64,000 nucleotides of DNA from Deltaproteobacteria bacterium (GCA_033763315.1 JANRKS010000040.1:64001-128000); one strand, 5' to 3'. Counted from the first letter of the stretch, positions 9,419 through 19,219 are shown. The notes: generated from the sequence alone by a model not told the origin. Made by a program: numbers and translations.

Positions 9419-9436
9419 GCGATAAAGTGTAGGCGC

Positions 9437-10333
9437 ATGAGGGGCCAAACTTCCACACTCTTAACGCTGCTTGGCGCTTGGATGTGCTTTCCGCTGGCCC
9501 ACGCCTCGCCGCATCCAGATGTGGGGATATTCTCTGAGCTCGACAGCGCCGTGGTGGTAACCCTGCCTCCGGCCTCGGCCACCGTACAGCCGCGCCTGCA
9601 AGTGGATCCGCAACGAAGCTTGTTGCTGTTTTACGATGCTGATTTTCCGCTCAAAGCGTTCGCCTTACAGCCCTCCGCCAAAGCCATTCGTGAACCCACC
9701 GATGTGCTCGCGGTTTTGCCGGCGCCAGCGGTGGCTGAGCTTGCACCATGGCTAAAATACCAGCCGGCCGTGATTGTTAAGACGGGGCCTTCGCGCGGCA
9801 ACGGGAGCGATCTCGATGGCGACGGCATTCCGAACCCGCTTGATGTTCTGTTGGGCGCGCGCAAGTTGGTGCTGAACCACGCCGCGTACACGGAGGGGTA
9901 TTACCGCATTCCCTTCCCGCAGGGCGATGTGCCGCGCAACGTGGGCGTGTGCACCGACACGATCATTCGCGCCTTTCGCAACGCGGGCCTTGACCTGCAA
10001 GCGCGTGTGGCCGACGACATTCGCAAGGCGGGCACGGCGTACGGCATCCGCAAGCCCGACACCAACATCGATCACCGTCGCGTAAAGACGCTGCTGGTGT
10101 GGTTTCGCCGCCACATACCGCAGATCAAGGACACAACGCTGCGGCCAGGAGACGTGGTTTTTCTGGATACGTTTCCCACGCGCGCGGGTCCCGACCACGT
10201 AGGCATCATTTCTGATCGGCTCGCGCCAAGCGGCTTGCCGTTTGTGATCAACAACTGGACGGTGGGGTACAAAGAAGATGAGATGGATCTACTGCCGTCC
10301 ATTCCTGTGACCCACCGATTTCGTTTGCCATGA
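9437..10333 (+). CDS. Secreted DUF1287-family protein (NlpC/P60-like Cys/His)
   Basis: Signal peptide; Y..IPFPQGDVP...GVCTD.IIRAFR..GLDLQ, DTNIDHRRV, PGDVVF, HVGIIS. DLDGDGIPN Ca-binding-like motif upstream. Confidence 0.85.
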   Translation: MRGQTSTLLTLLGAWMCFPLAHASPHPDVGIFSELDSAVVVTLPPASATVQPRLQVDPQRSLLLFYDADFPLKAFALQPSAKAIREPTDVLAVLPAPAVAELAPWLKYQPAVIVKTGPSRGNGSDLDGDGIPNPLDVLLGARKLVLNHAAYTEGYYRIPFPQGDVPRNVGVCTDTIIRAFRNAGLDLQARVADDIRKAGTAYGIRKPDTNIDHRRVKTLLVWFRRHIPQIKDTTLRPGDVVFLDTFPTRAGPDHVGIISDRLAPSGLPFVINNWTVGYKEDEMDLLPSIPVTHRFRLP

Positions 10334-11379
10334 AACGACGGCAGTGGCTCACACACGCGGCGGTTGCGGCGCTTGCACGCACAAGCTTGGCCGCGGCGCC
10401 CAAGCGGTGGCCCACGCCCAACCTCGCGGAGGATCAAGTGCTTCGGTGCGTGGCGGGCATCCGACCTTACCGCAAAGGCGGCGTGCGCATCGAACGTGAA
10501 GAAGCGGCGGGAAAAGCACTGGTTCACAACTATGGCCACGGCGGTGCGGGCTACACATTGTCGTGGGGCAGCGCCAAGGCTGCGGTTGATTTGGTGAAAC
10601 ACGAAAGCCGTGGTGCCTGTGCGGTATTGGGCGCGGGGGTGGTGGGCCTCTCCACTGCGGCGTTGCTTCTGGAGGCGGGCTTTGCGGTGCACGTTTACGC
10701 GCAAGCCTTTCCACCACACACCACATCCGACGTTGCTGGCGCCGAGTGGTCGCCCGACATCGTTGATCGCGGTGAGACGCCCGCACAGCGCCGCCGCTTC
10801 GATCAGATGCTGCTCGACTCTTGGCACCGCTTTATGCAATTGCGTGGCGACAGGTGGTGCGTTTACCCGCGCGCAATCTACGAAGCCGATGACGTTATCA
10901 GTGGCTTGGATGAACTTCCGGCGGGAATCATGGCGCCGGGCAAACGCGTGCGGCACCTGCCCTTTGCCCCCCACCACGCGGGCCGCGTTTTTCAAACCTT
11001 ACTCATCGAAGCGCCGGCATATCTGCAAACGTTGGTGGCTTACATCAAGGGCAAGGGTGCTGTGCTGCACGAGCGAAGCATTCACAACGCAGCGGATGTG
11101 TCGGCCCTCAAAGAACGTTTGGTGTTCAATTGCATTGGCATGGGCGCTGCGGCCGCGTTCGCGGATGAGGCGATGGTTCCCATTCGCGGCCAGTTGGTTC
11201 ATTTGCGCCCTCAAGCCCTGCCGTACATTCTGGATCACGTTGATGGTTATGTGCTGTCACGCAGGGACGCGCTGATCTTGGGCGGTTCGTTTGAAGCTGG
11301 CGTGGACGATCCTCATCCCGACAACGCCACCCGCGCGCGCATCCTGCAAGTCAACCGCCGCTTCTTCGCACGCTCGTGA
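10330..11379 (+). CDS. Tat-exported FAD-dependent D-amino-acid oxidase-like protein, circularly permuted
   Basis: KRRQWL twin-arginine signal; GIRPYR and HNYGHGGAGYTLSWGSA precede GAGVVGL, TTSDVAGA, NCIGMGA and PIRGQ. ATGA overlap with the DUF1287 gene. Confidence 0.88.
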   Translation: MKRRQWLTHAAVAALARTSLAAAPKRWPTPNLAEDQVLRCVAGIRPYRKGGVRIEREEAAGKALVHNYGHGGAGYTLSWGSAKAAVDLVKHESRGACAVLGAGVVGLSTAALLLEAGFAVHVYAQAFPPHTTSDVAGAEWSPDIVDRGETPAQRRRFDQMLLDSWHRFMQLRGDRWCVYPRAIYEADDVISGLDELPAGIMAPGKRVRHLPFAPHHAGRVFQTLLIEAPAYLQTLVAYIKGKGAVLHERSIHNAADVSALKERLVFNCIGMGAAAAFADEAMVPIRGQLVHLRPQALPYILDHVDGYVLSRRDALILGGSFEAGVDDPHPDNATRARILQVNRRFFARS

Positions 11380-11469
11380 CGTTGGCCCGCGTGGCCGATC
11401 ACAAAACAAGCGCTAAGCTTCTGCCGGGGCTTCCTGCCCCGCGAGGACTATGGGGGCGATAGCAAAATA

Positions 11470-12642
11470 GTGTTTAAACGCTGGCGACGGCGGCTGTGGC
11501 ACGCGTTTCTTGTTGGCAGCACCTTAATGCTGGCGGTGGTGACCGTGACGTTGGTGATGGCGTGGCCGTCGTTCGGCAGCAAAGCCCAAGGCAACCGTCG
11601 CCAAAGAATGCTTGCCTCGCCGCAGTGGAAGGACGGCCAGTTTCACAACCCACAGCCGTTGTTCAACGACCCGTGGGGCGCCTTGATCGGCATGGGCCAC
11701 GTGAGCGACAACGTTAGCCCACATGAAGCTGTGCCCGTTCTCAGCGTCGATGCGGCCATTTTTTCCACGCCGCCCGCGTCAGGCCTTCGCGTCACGTGGA
11801 TGGGGCATTCAACCGTGCTTGTCGAGATCGACGGACACCGCGTGTTGACCGATCCAATGTGGGGGCCGCGCGCGTCGCCGCTGACGTGGGTGGGGCCCAA
11901 GCGTTGGTACGATCCTCGCTTGGCGATCGAACGGTTGCCCTCCCTGGACGCTGTCCTCGTTTCTCACGATCACTACGACCATTTGGATCGCTTCACGATC
12001 GAAGCGCTGAACAAACTACAAACAAAATTCATCGTGCCCTTAGGTGTGGGCGCTCATCTGGAATCATGGGGTGTGCCTGCCAACAAGATCGTTGAGCTGG
12101 ATTGGTGGCAAAGCACGACCTTGGGGGATCTCACGGTGAATTGCACGCCGGCCCGCCACGCCTCTGGTCGCACTGTGGTCACCGACAAAGACGCCACGTT
12201 GTGGGCCGGGTATGCACTGGTGACATCGAAGCATCGCGTTTACTTCTCCGGTGACACGGGATTATTTTCGGCCATGCAAGAGATTGGGCGACGCTGGGGC
12301 CCTTTCGATCTAACGATGATCGAAGTGGGGCAATACCACCGCTCGTGGCCGGATTGGCACATCGGTCCCGAACAGGCGGTGGTGGCGCATGCGCTGCTGC
12401 GAGGACGCGTGATGCTGCCGATTCATTGGGGTTTGTTTGCGCTGGCGTTCCACGGTTGGACGGAACCCGTGGAGCGCGTGATGGTGGCGGCCGCCAAAGC
12501 TCATGTGCCCCTGATGTTGCCCAAGCCAGGGGAAAGCCAAGAGCCGCAAAGTCATCGGGCGCCCGCGCGGTGGTGGCCACCGTTGCCGTGGGAAACGGCC
12601 GAGCAGCATCCCGTTGTGTCGTCTCAGGTCAATCTGAAGTAA
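11470..12642 (+). CDS. MBL-fold metallo-hydrolase (NAPE-PLD/RomA-like)
   Basis: N-terminal TM helix; WMGHST, LTDP, SHDHYDHLD, TPARH.SGR, FSGDTG, PIHWG. Confidence 0.9.
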   Translation: MFKRWRRRLWHAFLVGSTLMLAVVTVTLVMAWPSFGSKAQGNRRQRMLASPQWKDGQFHNPQPLFNDPWGALIGMGHVSDNVSPHEAVPVLSVDAAIFSTPPASGLRVTWMGHSTVLVEIDGHRVLTDPMWGPRASPLTWVGPKRWYDPRLAIERLPSLDAVLVSHDHYDHLDRFTIEALNKLQTKFIVPLGVGAHLESWGVPANKIVELDWWQSTTLGDLTVNCTPARHASGRTVVTDKDATLWAGYALVTSKHRVYFSGDTGLFSAMQEIGRRWGPFDLTMIEVGQYHRSWPDWHIGPEQAVVAHALLRGRVMLPIHWGLFALAFHGWTEPVERVMVAAAKAHVPLMLPKPGESQEPQSHRAPARWWPPLPWETAEQHPVVSSQVNLK

Positions 12643-12649
12643 GGCGCAT

Positions 12650-13588
12650 TTAGAGCGCAAGCGGTGATGTGCCTCGCCACAGTTCGCCCACCTCAAACGC
12701 TGTGAGGGCGCGGTTCCACAAGGCCACGTCATCGATCAGGCCCACAAACGGTTCGGTGGGATCGTTGCCGTTGAGGTTATTTCCAATGAAGAACGACTCG
12801 GTCTCGTCGTGCCCCAACGTATTTTGCAGAGTTGGCCCCAGAGCCATGAGGACGCCGTTGACGTAGAGCCGTAGCTCCTTGCCATCGAACGTCGTTGCCA
12901 CATGAACCCATTGGTCTAACCGCGCGGCGTTGGACGCGATCAAATGTGAGGCATTGCCGCCCAAGCAGTTGGAGAACACCGAGATGTGTGGATATTCGAT
13001 GGTTAGATTGATTGATTCACGCGTGTCGTCGCAACGGCGCGAAACAATTGAATAGTAAAGGGAGTCTCGATTCTTCAGATACACCCACGCTGCCGCCGTC
13101 ATCGAGGCGTTGGTGCTTTGTAGGGCTTCGGAGGGCAGAAGGCGCACGCCTGACAAGGCGCCGTCCGCCGGTGGTATTAACGAAATGGCTTTCCCTGTTC
13201 GGCCGGGCACGGACATACAAGTGCATGCGTCGCCCTCCAAGAGGGCCTGCGTTCCATTGCCGCTTTTGTCGGCAAAGGTTCTGGAGCCCGATGGATCTTC
13301 GAAAGGGAAATAGGCAATCGAGGCGTTTGTTCCCGACGGGAATCCAGCGTCGCTGTTGCCGCCCGCGTTGCTGTTGCCGCCCGCCCCGTCCCCGCGTTCG
13401 CCAACCGCCCCGCCCGCGCGCTCGCCGCCAGCCCCCAAACCACCGCCACCACCTCCTTGTGGACCCGCAGAGGGATCATAAGCCGGGTTTGGGACCTCGC
13501 ACGCAGCGAGCACCCACAAAAACCTCAGAAGCGTCATGGCTGTGTAGCGCCCGGTCAAGCGGCAAAACACAGACGAGGAGATCGACAT
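12650..13588 (-). CDS. LamG/concanavalin-like domain lipoprotein
   Basis: Lipobox VLAAC, Gly-rich linker, WVHVATTFDGKELRLYVNG, FVGLIDDVALWNRALT. Alternative start 13537. Confidence 0.85.
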   Translation of the reverse strand: MSISSSVFCRLTGRYTAMTLLRFLWVLAACEVPNPAYDPSAGPQGGGGGGLGAGGERAGGAVGERGDGAGGNSNAGGNSDAGFPSGTNASIAYFPFEDPSGSRTFADKSGNGTQALLEGDACTCMSVPGRTGKAISLIPPADGALSGVRLLPSEALQSTNASMTAAAWVYLKNRDSLYYSIVSRRCDDTRESINLTIEYPHISVFSNCLGGNASHLIASNAARLDQWVHVATTFDGKELRLYVNGVLMALGPTLQNTLGHDETESFFIGNNLNGNDPTEPFVGLIDDVALWNRALTAFEVGELWRGTSPLAL

Positions 13589-13869
13589 GGCTCAGGCTTG
13601 TGTATCGGCGGGTGCGGCTTTGGACTTGCGTGTGCCTTACGTTCAAGCGCTCGCACCCAAAAGGACCGCCTCCGGTGGGCGTTTTCCTTGGTCCGCCGCT
13701 TGCGCTTAAGGCTCGAAGCGGGCCGCCCGATAGGACTTTCCCAACCCACCTTGGGGATCCACTGCTTCATATAGGCAAAAAGACTACTTGCTTTGCCTTC
13801 AATAAAGTGTAATTTACCACCCACACAATCACACAGACAATTGCAGTCCCCCCTCATCAAGGAGAGTCA

Positions 13870-14514
13870 ATGCGCCATCTCGTTTCCAAAGGGTTGATCC
13901 TCGGTCTGGTTGCGCTTGCAAGCGCCCCGGCTTTTGCGGCCAAGAGCGTCACTAAACTCAGCTTTCGAGGCAGCTCCGCCTTTGCGTCCATCAGTGGCTA
14001 TAACGGCTGCGGCACGGCCTCGTTCAACGTGAACGCGTCCGAGAACGTCAGCCGGCAAACGGGTTCCGGAACCTCAGAATCGCGCGCCGTGATGGTGTCG
14101 GTGAATTTCGCCAATTGCGACGGCAGCAGCTACGTCGGATTCTTTCAGCTGGATGGCGCGGGTTACACCCACTCTGCCCAGGGCGTGACGATCAACAAAA
14201 CCATCATCGTGGACAAAACGACCTTTGGTTTCGACGAGTGGGGCAACCCCACGTGGGTGCCAACCGGCGAACAAGCCACGGTCTCGATCTCGGTGAATCT
14301 GGTGCCAACCGGCGACTACTTCAAGGGTGACACCAACAACACGCAAAGCAGCACCAACGTGTTTATCAAGAACCGCAGCCGAGGCACCATCTATGAGGTG
14401 GACGCCACGCTCGCCGCTTCAATCGATGGCGTACCCGTAAGCTTCGGCTTCGGATTCCCCTACGGCCAAATGAGCGACACGCAGTTCGGCCAACTCACAA
14501 TCATCACGCAATAA
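13870..14514 (+). CDS. Secreted beta-rich hypothetical protein
   Basis: AAGGAGAG RBS, signal peptide ending in AFA, S/T/G-rich beta-strand pattern. Confidence 0.75.
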   Translation: MRHLVSKGLILGLVALASAPAFAAKSVTKLSFRGSSAFASISGYNGCGTASFNVNASENVSRQTGSGTSESRAVMVSVNFANCDGSSYVGFFQLDGAGYTHSAQGVTINKTIIVDKTTFGFDEWGNPTWVPTGEQATVSISVNLVPTGDYFKGDTNNTQSSTNVFIKNRSRGTIYEVDATLAASIDGVPVSFGFGFPYGQMSDTQFGQLTIITQ

Positions 14515-14534
14515 AGTTATCAGAAGAAACGAGC

Positions 14535-14573
14535 GCGCCTCCCGCAAAGCATTGCGTGGGGCGCTTTTCGTTT
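14535..14573 (+). terminator. Intrinsic terminator
   Basis: GCGCCTCCCGCAA-agca-TTGCGTGGGGCGC stem followed by TTTTCGTTT. Confidence 0.65.
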
Positions 14574-14742
14574 GCGCTCATAGTGAAAGTACGGCGTGAG
14601 TTTCGCTTCTAGCGGCAGTTCATGGGCCGCTTGCTCCCAGAGACGCGCGTCGGCGCCCCACTTTATTAACAGCTTGTCGGCATCGCTTTGGTCATTTGCA
14701 AGCGCCTTGCAATGCGCTGGTGCCCGCAGACTTAAGGTGCAA

Positions 14743-15966
14743 TTAAAGCAAGTGACCAAGCTCTTGCTTGATCGAACGCATCGCCGAAGCCGCCACGGCA
14801 ATGGTGCGAGCGATGTCATCGCGCGTGTGCGCGGCGCTCGTGAACCAAAGGTGCCGTGGATGCATGAGGATCCCTCCCTCAAGCATCCGCGCATAGAACC
14901 CATCGCGCAGACTCGCGTTGGTCTGCGTGTCGGGGTGTTGCCAACTCAGAAATGGCATTGAAGGAACGGGTTCCGCGTAGGCCACCGCAGGCAAACCTTC
15001 CGCCAACGCCATGCCGTTGAGGCCGTCGATCAGGGTTTGACCGAGCTCGTTCACCTTTCCCGCAACGTTGCTGCGGTCCACAATCTCCAGAACCTTTAAT
15101 GCAGCGGCGATGGCACCCGTCTCACCATGAAATGTGGCGGAATAGTGCATGCCGCTGCCGCTTTCCATGATGTGTCGCTTGCCGATGACGGCAGCGATGG
15201 GCCAACCGTTGCCCAGAGCTTTGCTTAAGGTCGTGACATCTGGATCGAGATCTAAGAGCGCCTGAATCGAGCCCTTGCTTGTGCGAAGACCCGTCTTCAC
15301 CTCATCGAGGATAAACACCGCACCTGCATCCGCGGCAGCATCCATCCAGGATTGAAAGACGTCCCGCGTGGGATCGAGCACCATCTCGGGTGCAACAATT
15401 ACGGCCGCAATTTCATCACCATCTCGTTCAAGAATGTGTTCCAGCGAACCCGGCACCCGCGGCGTGAACTCGTAGACTTGCTCCGAAAGTCCATGCGGAA
15501 CAAACGGCTCCAGCGGCAGGCACCAATCGTGCCATCCGTGGTAACCGCACCTAGCAACTTTGCGGCGCTTGGTATGCTTGCGCGCGATCCGCAACGCGGC
15601 GGTGGTGGCTTCTGAGCCCGTCTTGAAGAACACGCCGCAATCACTGCGAGGAAAACGCGACAACAGCGTCTCCATGAATTTCAGATGCAAAGGGTGGTTG
15701 AGCGATAGCAGTGCGCCCTTGCGGATCTGTTCAAACGCGGCTTCGTTGACTTCCTCATTCGCGTAGCCAAGGAGGAACGGCCCATAAGCCATGATGTAAT
15801 CGATGTATTCGTTGCCATCCACGTCAACACACCGAGCGCCCGAACCGCGCTCGAAGTAAAGCGGCGAGTTCTCCGGCGCCAGCAGCGGGCGCCCCGACAA
15901 ATGAATGCCTCCTGGGATCAACTTCTTCGCCGCCTCGAAGAGCGCTGCAGACCGCGCGAATTCCAA
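14743..15966 (-). CDS. Class III PLP aminotransferase, glutamate-1-semialdehyde aminomutase-like
   Basis: DVDGNEYIDY, KTGSEAT, GYHGWHDW, LDEVKTG, SKALGNG. TTG start after AAGGA RBS. Confidence 0.85.
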   Translation of the reverse strand: MEFARSAALFEAAKKLIPGGIHLSGRPLLAPENSPLYFERGSGARCVDVDGNEYIDYIMAYGPFLLGYANEEVNEAAFEQIRKGALLSLNHPLHLKFMETLLSRFPRSDCGVFFKTGSEATTAALRIARKHTKRRKVARCGYHGWHDWCLPLEPFVPHGLSEQVYEFTPRVPGSLEHILERDGDEIAAVIVAPEMVLDPTRDVFQSWMDAAADAGAVFILDEVKTGLRTSKGSIQALLDLDPDVTTLSKALGNGWPIAAVIGKRHIMESGSGMHYSATFHGETGAIAAALKVLEIVDRSNVAGKVNELGQTLIDGLNGMALAEGLPAVAYAEPVPSMPFLSWQHPDTQTNASLRDGFYARMLEGGILMHPRHLWFTSAAHTRDDIARTIAVAASAMRSIKQELGHLL

Positions 15967-16172
15967 TGATTGGTCCTTTCGTTGCGGCGCGATGAATGCA
16001 ACGAGTGTTCCACCGCAATGGCATGTGGACGGCCGGAGCCAAGGCCACCAGGGCATAGGCTCAACGTTTAATGCCGGCCTTGTCGTTACTGTCAGTTCAC
16101 CAACGTCGGGGTAATGTGACCGAGTGAAGTGTCGTGGGCCTTTAAGACTTCATCGGCCGCGGGCCAAGCGCG

Positions 16173-16895
16173 CTACCAAATAAAGCCGAAGAAGGCCGCA
16201 AGTTCAATGTGCCCCGGGTGGCTGATCATCGTGCCGAAGCTGCCACCAAAACGCCAGTCCGTGGCGGCGGCCACGCGAAATTCATCCATCGCCGTAAGCC
16301 CAAGCACTTTTTCGCCGATGCTTGTGTAAATGCCGGCGCTTCCGCGATGTGCGCCGAACGCGGGCGCGCCCATCATGAAGCGGGCGCTGTAGCCACCGCT
16401 GGCCGTGAAGGGGGCCGCGTCTCCCACTTGCAGGCCACCGTGCCAGTGGCTCTGCTGGCCAAACCGCACGCGAAGCACGCCATAAGGTAAAACGCGCGCG
16501 CGAAAATCCGGCCGGCGGCGGCTGGCGCCATAAGCCCAAGGTCCCATGGAAATGTGGAAGCGACGACCGTCGTAGCCGATGAGCGTTTGCAAAGCGAAGG
16601 CCGGTGCGTGTTGCCCACGCCACGATTGAACCGCGTGGTTGTAGTTGTTGATGTCTTGCCGATAACTGCCCACCGCTGCGAGATACAACCAACGGCCCAC
16701 ACGCGTTTCCGCGTGACCGTAGATCTCTGCGAATGGATAGGCATCTTGCGCATAGCCGCCCACTTGATCAACGCCAGCCGCAAGACCTGCACCCAAACGC
16801 GTCGTGGCTGCTTCGTCACCCTCAAGGCCAACGGCGCGGGCGTCACGCGCCCCCAAGATCACGAGCGAAGCCGCAAGGATCCAGTCACGTCTCAT
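16173..16895 (-). CDS. Hypothetical secreted protein, probably an outer-membrane beta-barrel
   Basis: Signal peptide (ARA), amphipathic aromatic beta strands, C-terminal FFGFIW; ATGA overlap with GDPD. Confidence 0.65.
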   Translation of the reverse strand: MRRDWILAASLVILGARDARAVGLEGDEAATTRLGAGLAAGVDQVGGYAQDAYPFAEIYGHAETRVGRWLYLAAVGSYRQDINNYNHAVQSWRGQHAPAFALQTLIGYDGRRFHISMGPWAYGASRRRPDFRARVLPYGVLRVRFGQQSHWHGGLQVGDAAPFTASGGYSARFMMGAPAFGAHRGSAGIYTSIGEKVLGLTAMDEFRVAAATDWRFGGSFGTMISHPGHIELAAFFGFIW

Positions 16896-17815
16896 TTCAG
16901 CACACCTTGCGCACGCAAACGCGCAAGCACCTCGCGCGCCGTATCGGGATAATCTGTGTATATGCCGTCGGCCCCGAGCCGGAACAAGCGTTCCATGGTG
17001 GCCGCGTCGTTGATGGTCCAATACACCACGGCCACACCATCGTCGTGCGCGTGATCCAAGATGCCTTTGGTATCGAGTGCCAGGCCAGCACCTGACAGGG
17101 GCGAAGCAAAGCAATCAAAATGCGGGCACGCGGCGTAATCCCAGCCCGCTTTCGCACTTAAAGCCAAACACTTCGCAGCACCCGTGGGGTAGTAACTGGC
17201 CACCTCGGGCAGCGCGGCCTGAATGCGCGCCGCGATGTCATCCGATTCGGCGCCTGCAATCAAATGATCCAGGCGTCCCGTGGCGCGCAGGGCATCGGCC
17301 ACTCGCTGTTCAATGCCCGCCGCTTTGGCTTCAACGCTGTAACGAGCGCCCGCGGGCAACGCTGCCAGCACCTCCTGCAAGGTGGCAATGCGGTAGCCCT
17401 GGCCTCGAAACGGAAAACGCGAAGGATCGGCCGAGTGGCAATCGCCGCGCTCCGCCGTGCCATTGCCCACGTTGGGCGTGGCACAATAGCCGGCGTCCAG
17501 AGCTTGCAATTGCGCCAAGGTCAGATCGCGCACGTTGCCGGTGCCATTGGTGGTGCGATCAACATCCGCGTCATGAATCACCACCAGCACGCCATCGGCG
17601 CTGGCGTGCACGTCAAACTCCAGCACCGCGTCCGGGTTGCGCTCGTGCGCATGCAACATCGTGGGAATGGTCTCTTCGGGCTCAACGCCGCCGCCAAAGC
17701 GATGCGCAAACACCAACGGCGAAGTCTGCGTGCGGAAGAACCTATGCAACGCTCGATCACTGCAGGCCGATGTGGTCAAACACCCAAGCAAAACGAGCGA
17801 GAATGCGAGACGCAT
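16892..17815 (-). CDS. Glycerophosphodiester phosphodiesterase, lipoprotein
   Basis: Lipobox TSAC; FAHRFGG..PEET, LEFDVH.SADG.LVVIHD..VDRTTNG, WTIND, GADGIYTDYP. Confidence 0.92.
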   Translation of the reverse strand: MRLAFSLVLLGCLTTSACSDRALHRFFRTQTSPLVFAHRFGGGVEPEETIPTMLHAHERNPDAVLEFDVHASADGVLVVIHDADVDRTTNGTGNVRDLTLAQLQALDAGYCATPNVGNGTAERGDCHSADPSRFPFRGQGYRIATLQEVLAALPAGARYSVEAKAAGIEQRVADALRATGRLDHLIAGAESDDIAARIQAALPEVASYYPTGAAKCLALSAKAGWDYAACPHFDCFASPLSGAGLALDTKGILDHAHDDGVAVVYWTINDAATMERLFRLGADGIYTDYPDTAREVLARLRAQGVLK

Positions 17816-17825
17816 CGGTTCGTGC

Positions 17826-18356
17826 CTAAACTAGAACGCCGATGCGCTCAGCATAGACGCGCAACTGCGAAAGGTATAACGCGGCCTCGGGGGTGCCTTC
17901 GGCGGGCGCCCACGCGGGGAACGTTTTATCGTTGCTGGCCGTGTAGGGGCCCGTTTTCACCTCATAGACAGTGGTGTCAGGCTCTAAGGCCACGAAGCTG
18001 TGGAAGATGCCGGGCACTAGGTCCACGCCAAACACCTCGCCACCCGCCTCCGCACGCACACAGTGATCGATGGTGCCATCTTCAGTGAATGTGAAGAACA
18101 GGAGCGCGCCAGCCAGCAACACCCAAGCTTCCGCTTTCGGCGGATCCAAGTGACGGTGGGGGCGAACGTAACTGTCGGGCTGTGCAACGTTAAGCATGCG
18201 GTGCAAGGGGTCGGCGTCGCTCTTATGGAACGGAGCAATGATGCGACGGCGCGGACTTTGTCGCGACAGTTCGCACGCTTGGTTCAGCATTTTCCGAGAC
18301 AACAATGCCAAATCACCCGACGGGGGTGGCAGCGCGAGAGGAAATGGACGGCTCAT
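17826..18356 (-). CDS. WbuC-family cupin-fold metalloprotein
   Basis: SPRRR...FH...DPLHRMLN..QPDSYVRPHRH, PG.FHS, YEVK.GPY, FPAWAP.EG. Confidence 0.88.
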   Translation of the reverse strand: MSRPFPLALPPPSGDLALLSRKMLNQACELSRQSPRRRIIAPFHKSDADPLHRMLNVAQPDSYVRPHRHLDPPKAEAWVLLAGALLFFTFTEDGTIDHCVRAEAGGEVFGVDLVPGIFHSFVALEPDTTVYEVKTGPYTASNDKTFPAWAPAEGTPEAALYLSQLRVYAERIGVLV

Positions 18357-18457
18357 GCAGGCATCACAGCACAGCGCAAGCGTGCGCGCGATAACAAAGG
18401 TGATCCCCTGCCCCGGGCTCTCGGGCAGCCGGCGCGCGGTTGTGGCTGATGAAGACG

Positions 18458-19219
18458 TTAGCGAAGCCGGCGCAAGCCTTGGCGTGCTTTGCGCGCGTGC
18501 CAGCCACGCGGGGCCAAGGCGAGGTACTGGCGGTAGGCCGAAGCCGCCGCATCGAGGTTGCCTTCGTGTTCAGCGGCATAGGCCACGATCACGTAAGCTT
18601 CGGGCAATTCAGCGTTGAGCTCGAGTGCCTTTTGCGCCCACGCAGCCGCTTCGTTGATTTGCCCGTGGCGGTAGATCTCTTTGGCAAGCACCAAGGCTGT
18701 TGCAGCCTCAGGATGTGCCTCGAAGGCGGCCGTGCACGTTTCGATGATTTGCTTTGACGTTTGCGTTTTCGCGGCGCTGGCGCAATCGGTTCCAATGGGC
18801 GTCGGCGCAACGGGGACGGCCTGCGCAGCCACCGGCTCGGGTGCAACCGTTTCCACGCGGGCGGGCACGGGCGCCGAAGCGCTCTCTGAGGGGGCGGCCA
18901 CGGGCGCGGGGGCGGCCACGGGCGCGGGCTCTGCCACAGGCGCCGGGGCGGCAGCAACCACCTCGGCCGCTGGCGGCGAGGGAACCTTCACCGTCTCTTT
19001 ATTGCGAAAGCGCGTGCTGATGCCCCACACCGCAGCCATCGTGAGGCCGGCGCACGCAAGCGTCAGCAACCGATCCCGCCGCACGCGGTTTCTTTGCGCT
19101 CGCCGTGCGGCGGCCAAAGCCTGCAGGGACGCCTGCACCGCCTCGTTTACCGAGCCCGCGGGCGTGCGCCCGGTGTTCGAAGCCGAGGCCGTTGACGTTT
19201 CCGTTGCGTTCGTCTCCAT
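18458..19219 (-). CDS. Membrane-anchored protein with Pro/Ala linker and C-terminal TPR
   Basis: Single TM helix, APVAAP repeats, AQKALELNAELPEAY..AYRQYLALAP.G TPR. Alternative start 19276. Confidence 0.75.
   Translation of the reverse strand: METNATETSTASASNTGRTPAGSVNEAVQASLQALAAARRAQRNRVRRDRLLTLACAGLTMAAVWGISTRFRNKETVKVPSPPAAEVVAAAPAPVAEPAPVAAPAPVAAPSESASAPVPARVETVAPEPVAAQAVPVAPTPIGTDCASAAKTQTSKQIIETCTAAFEAHPEAATALVLAKEIYRHGQINEAAAWAQKALELNAELPEAYVIVAYAAEHEGNLDAAASAYRQYLALAPRGWHARKARQGLRRLR
18891..18948 (-). repeat. 18-bp coding tandem repeat (APVAAP/APVAEP)
   Basis: ggcggccacgggcgcggg unit repeated about three times. Confidence 0.7.

Noticed and set aside
14743-15966. hemL
   Set aside because: Key motifs differ from HemL and no tetrapyrrole genes are nearby.
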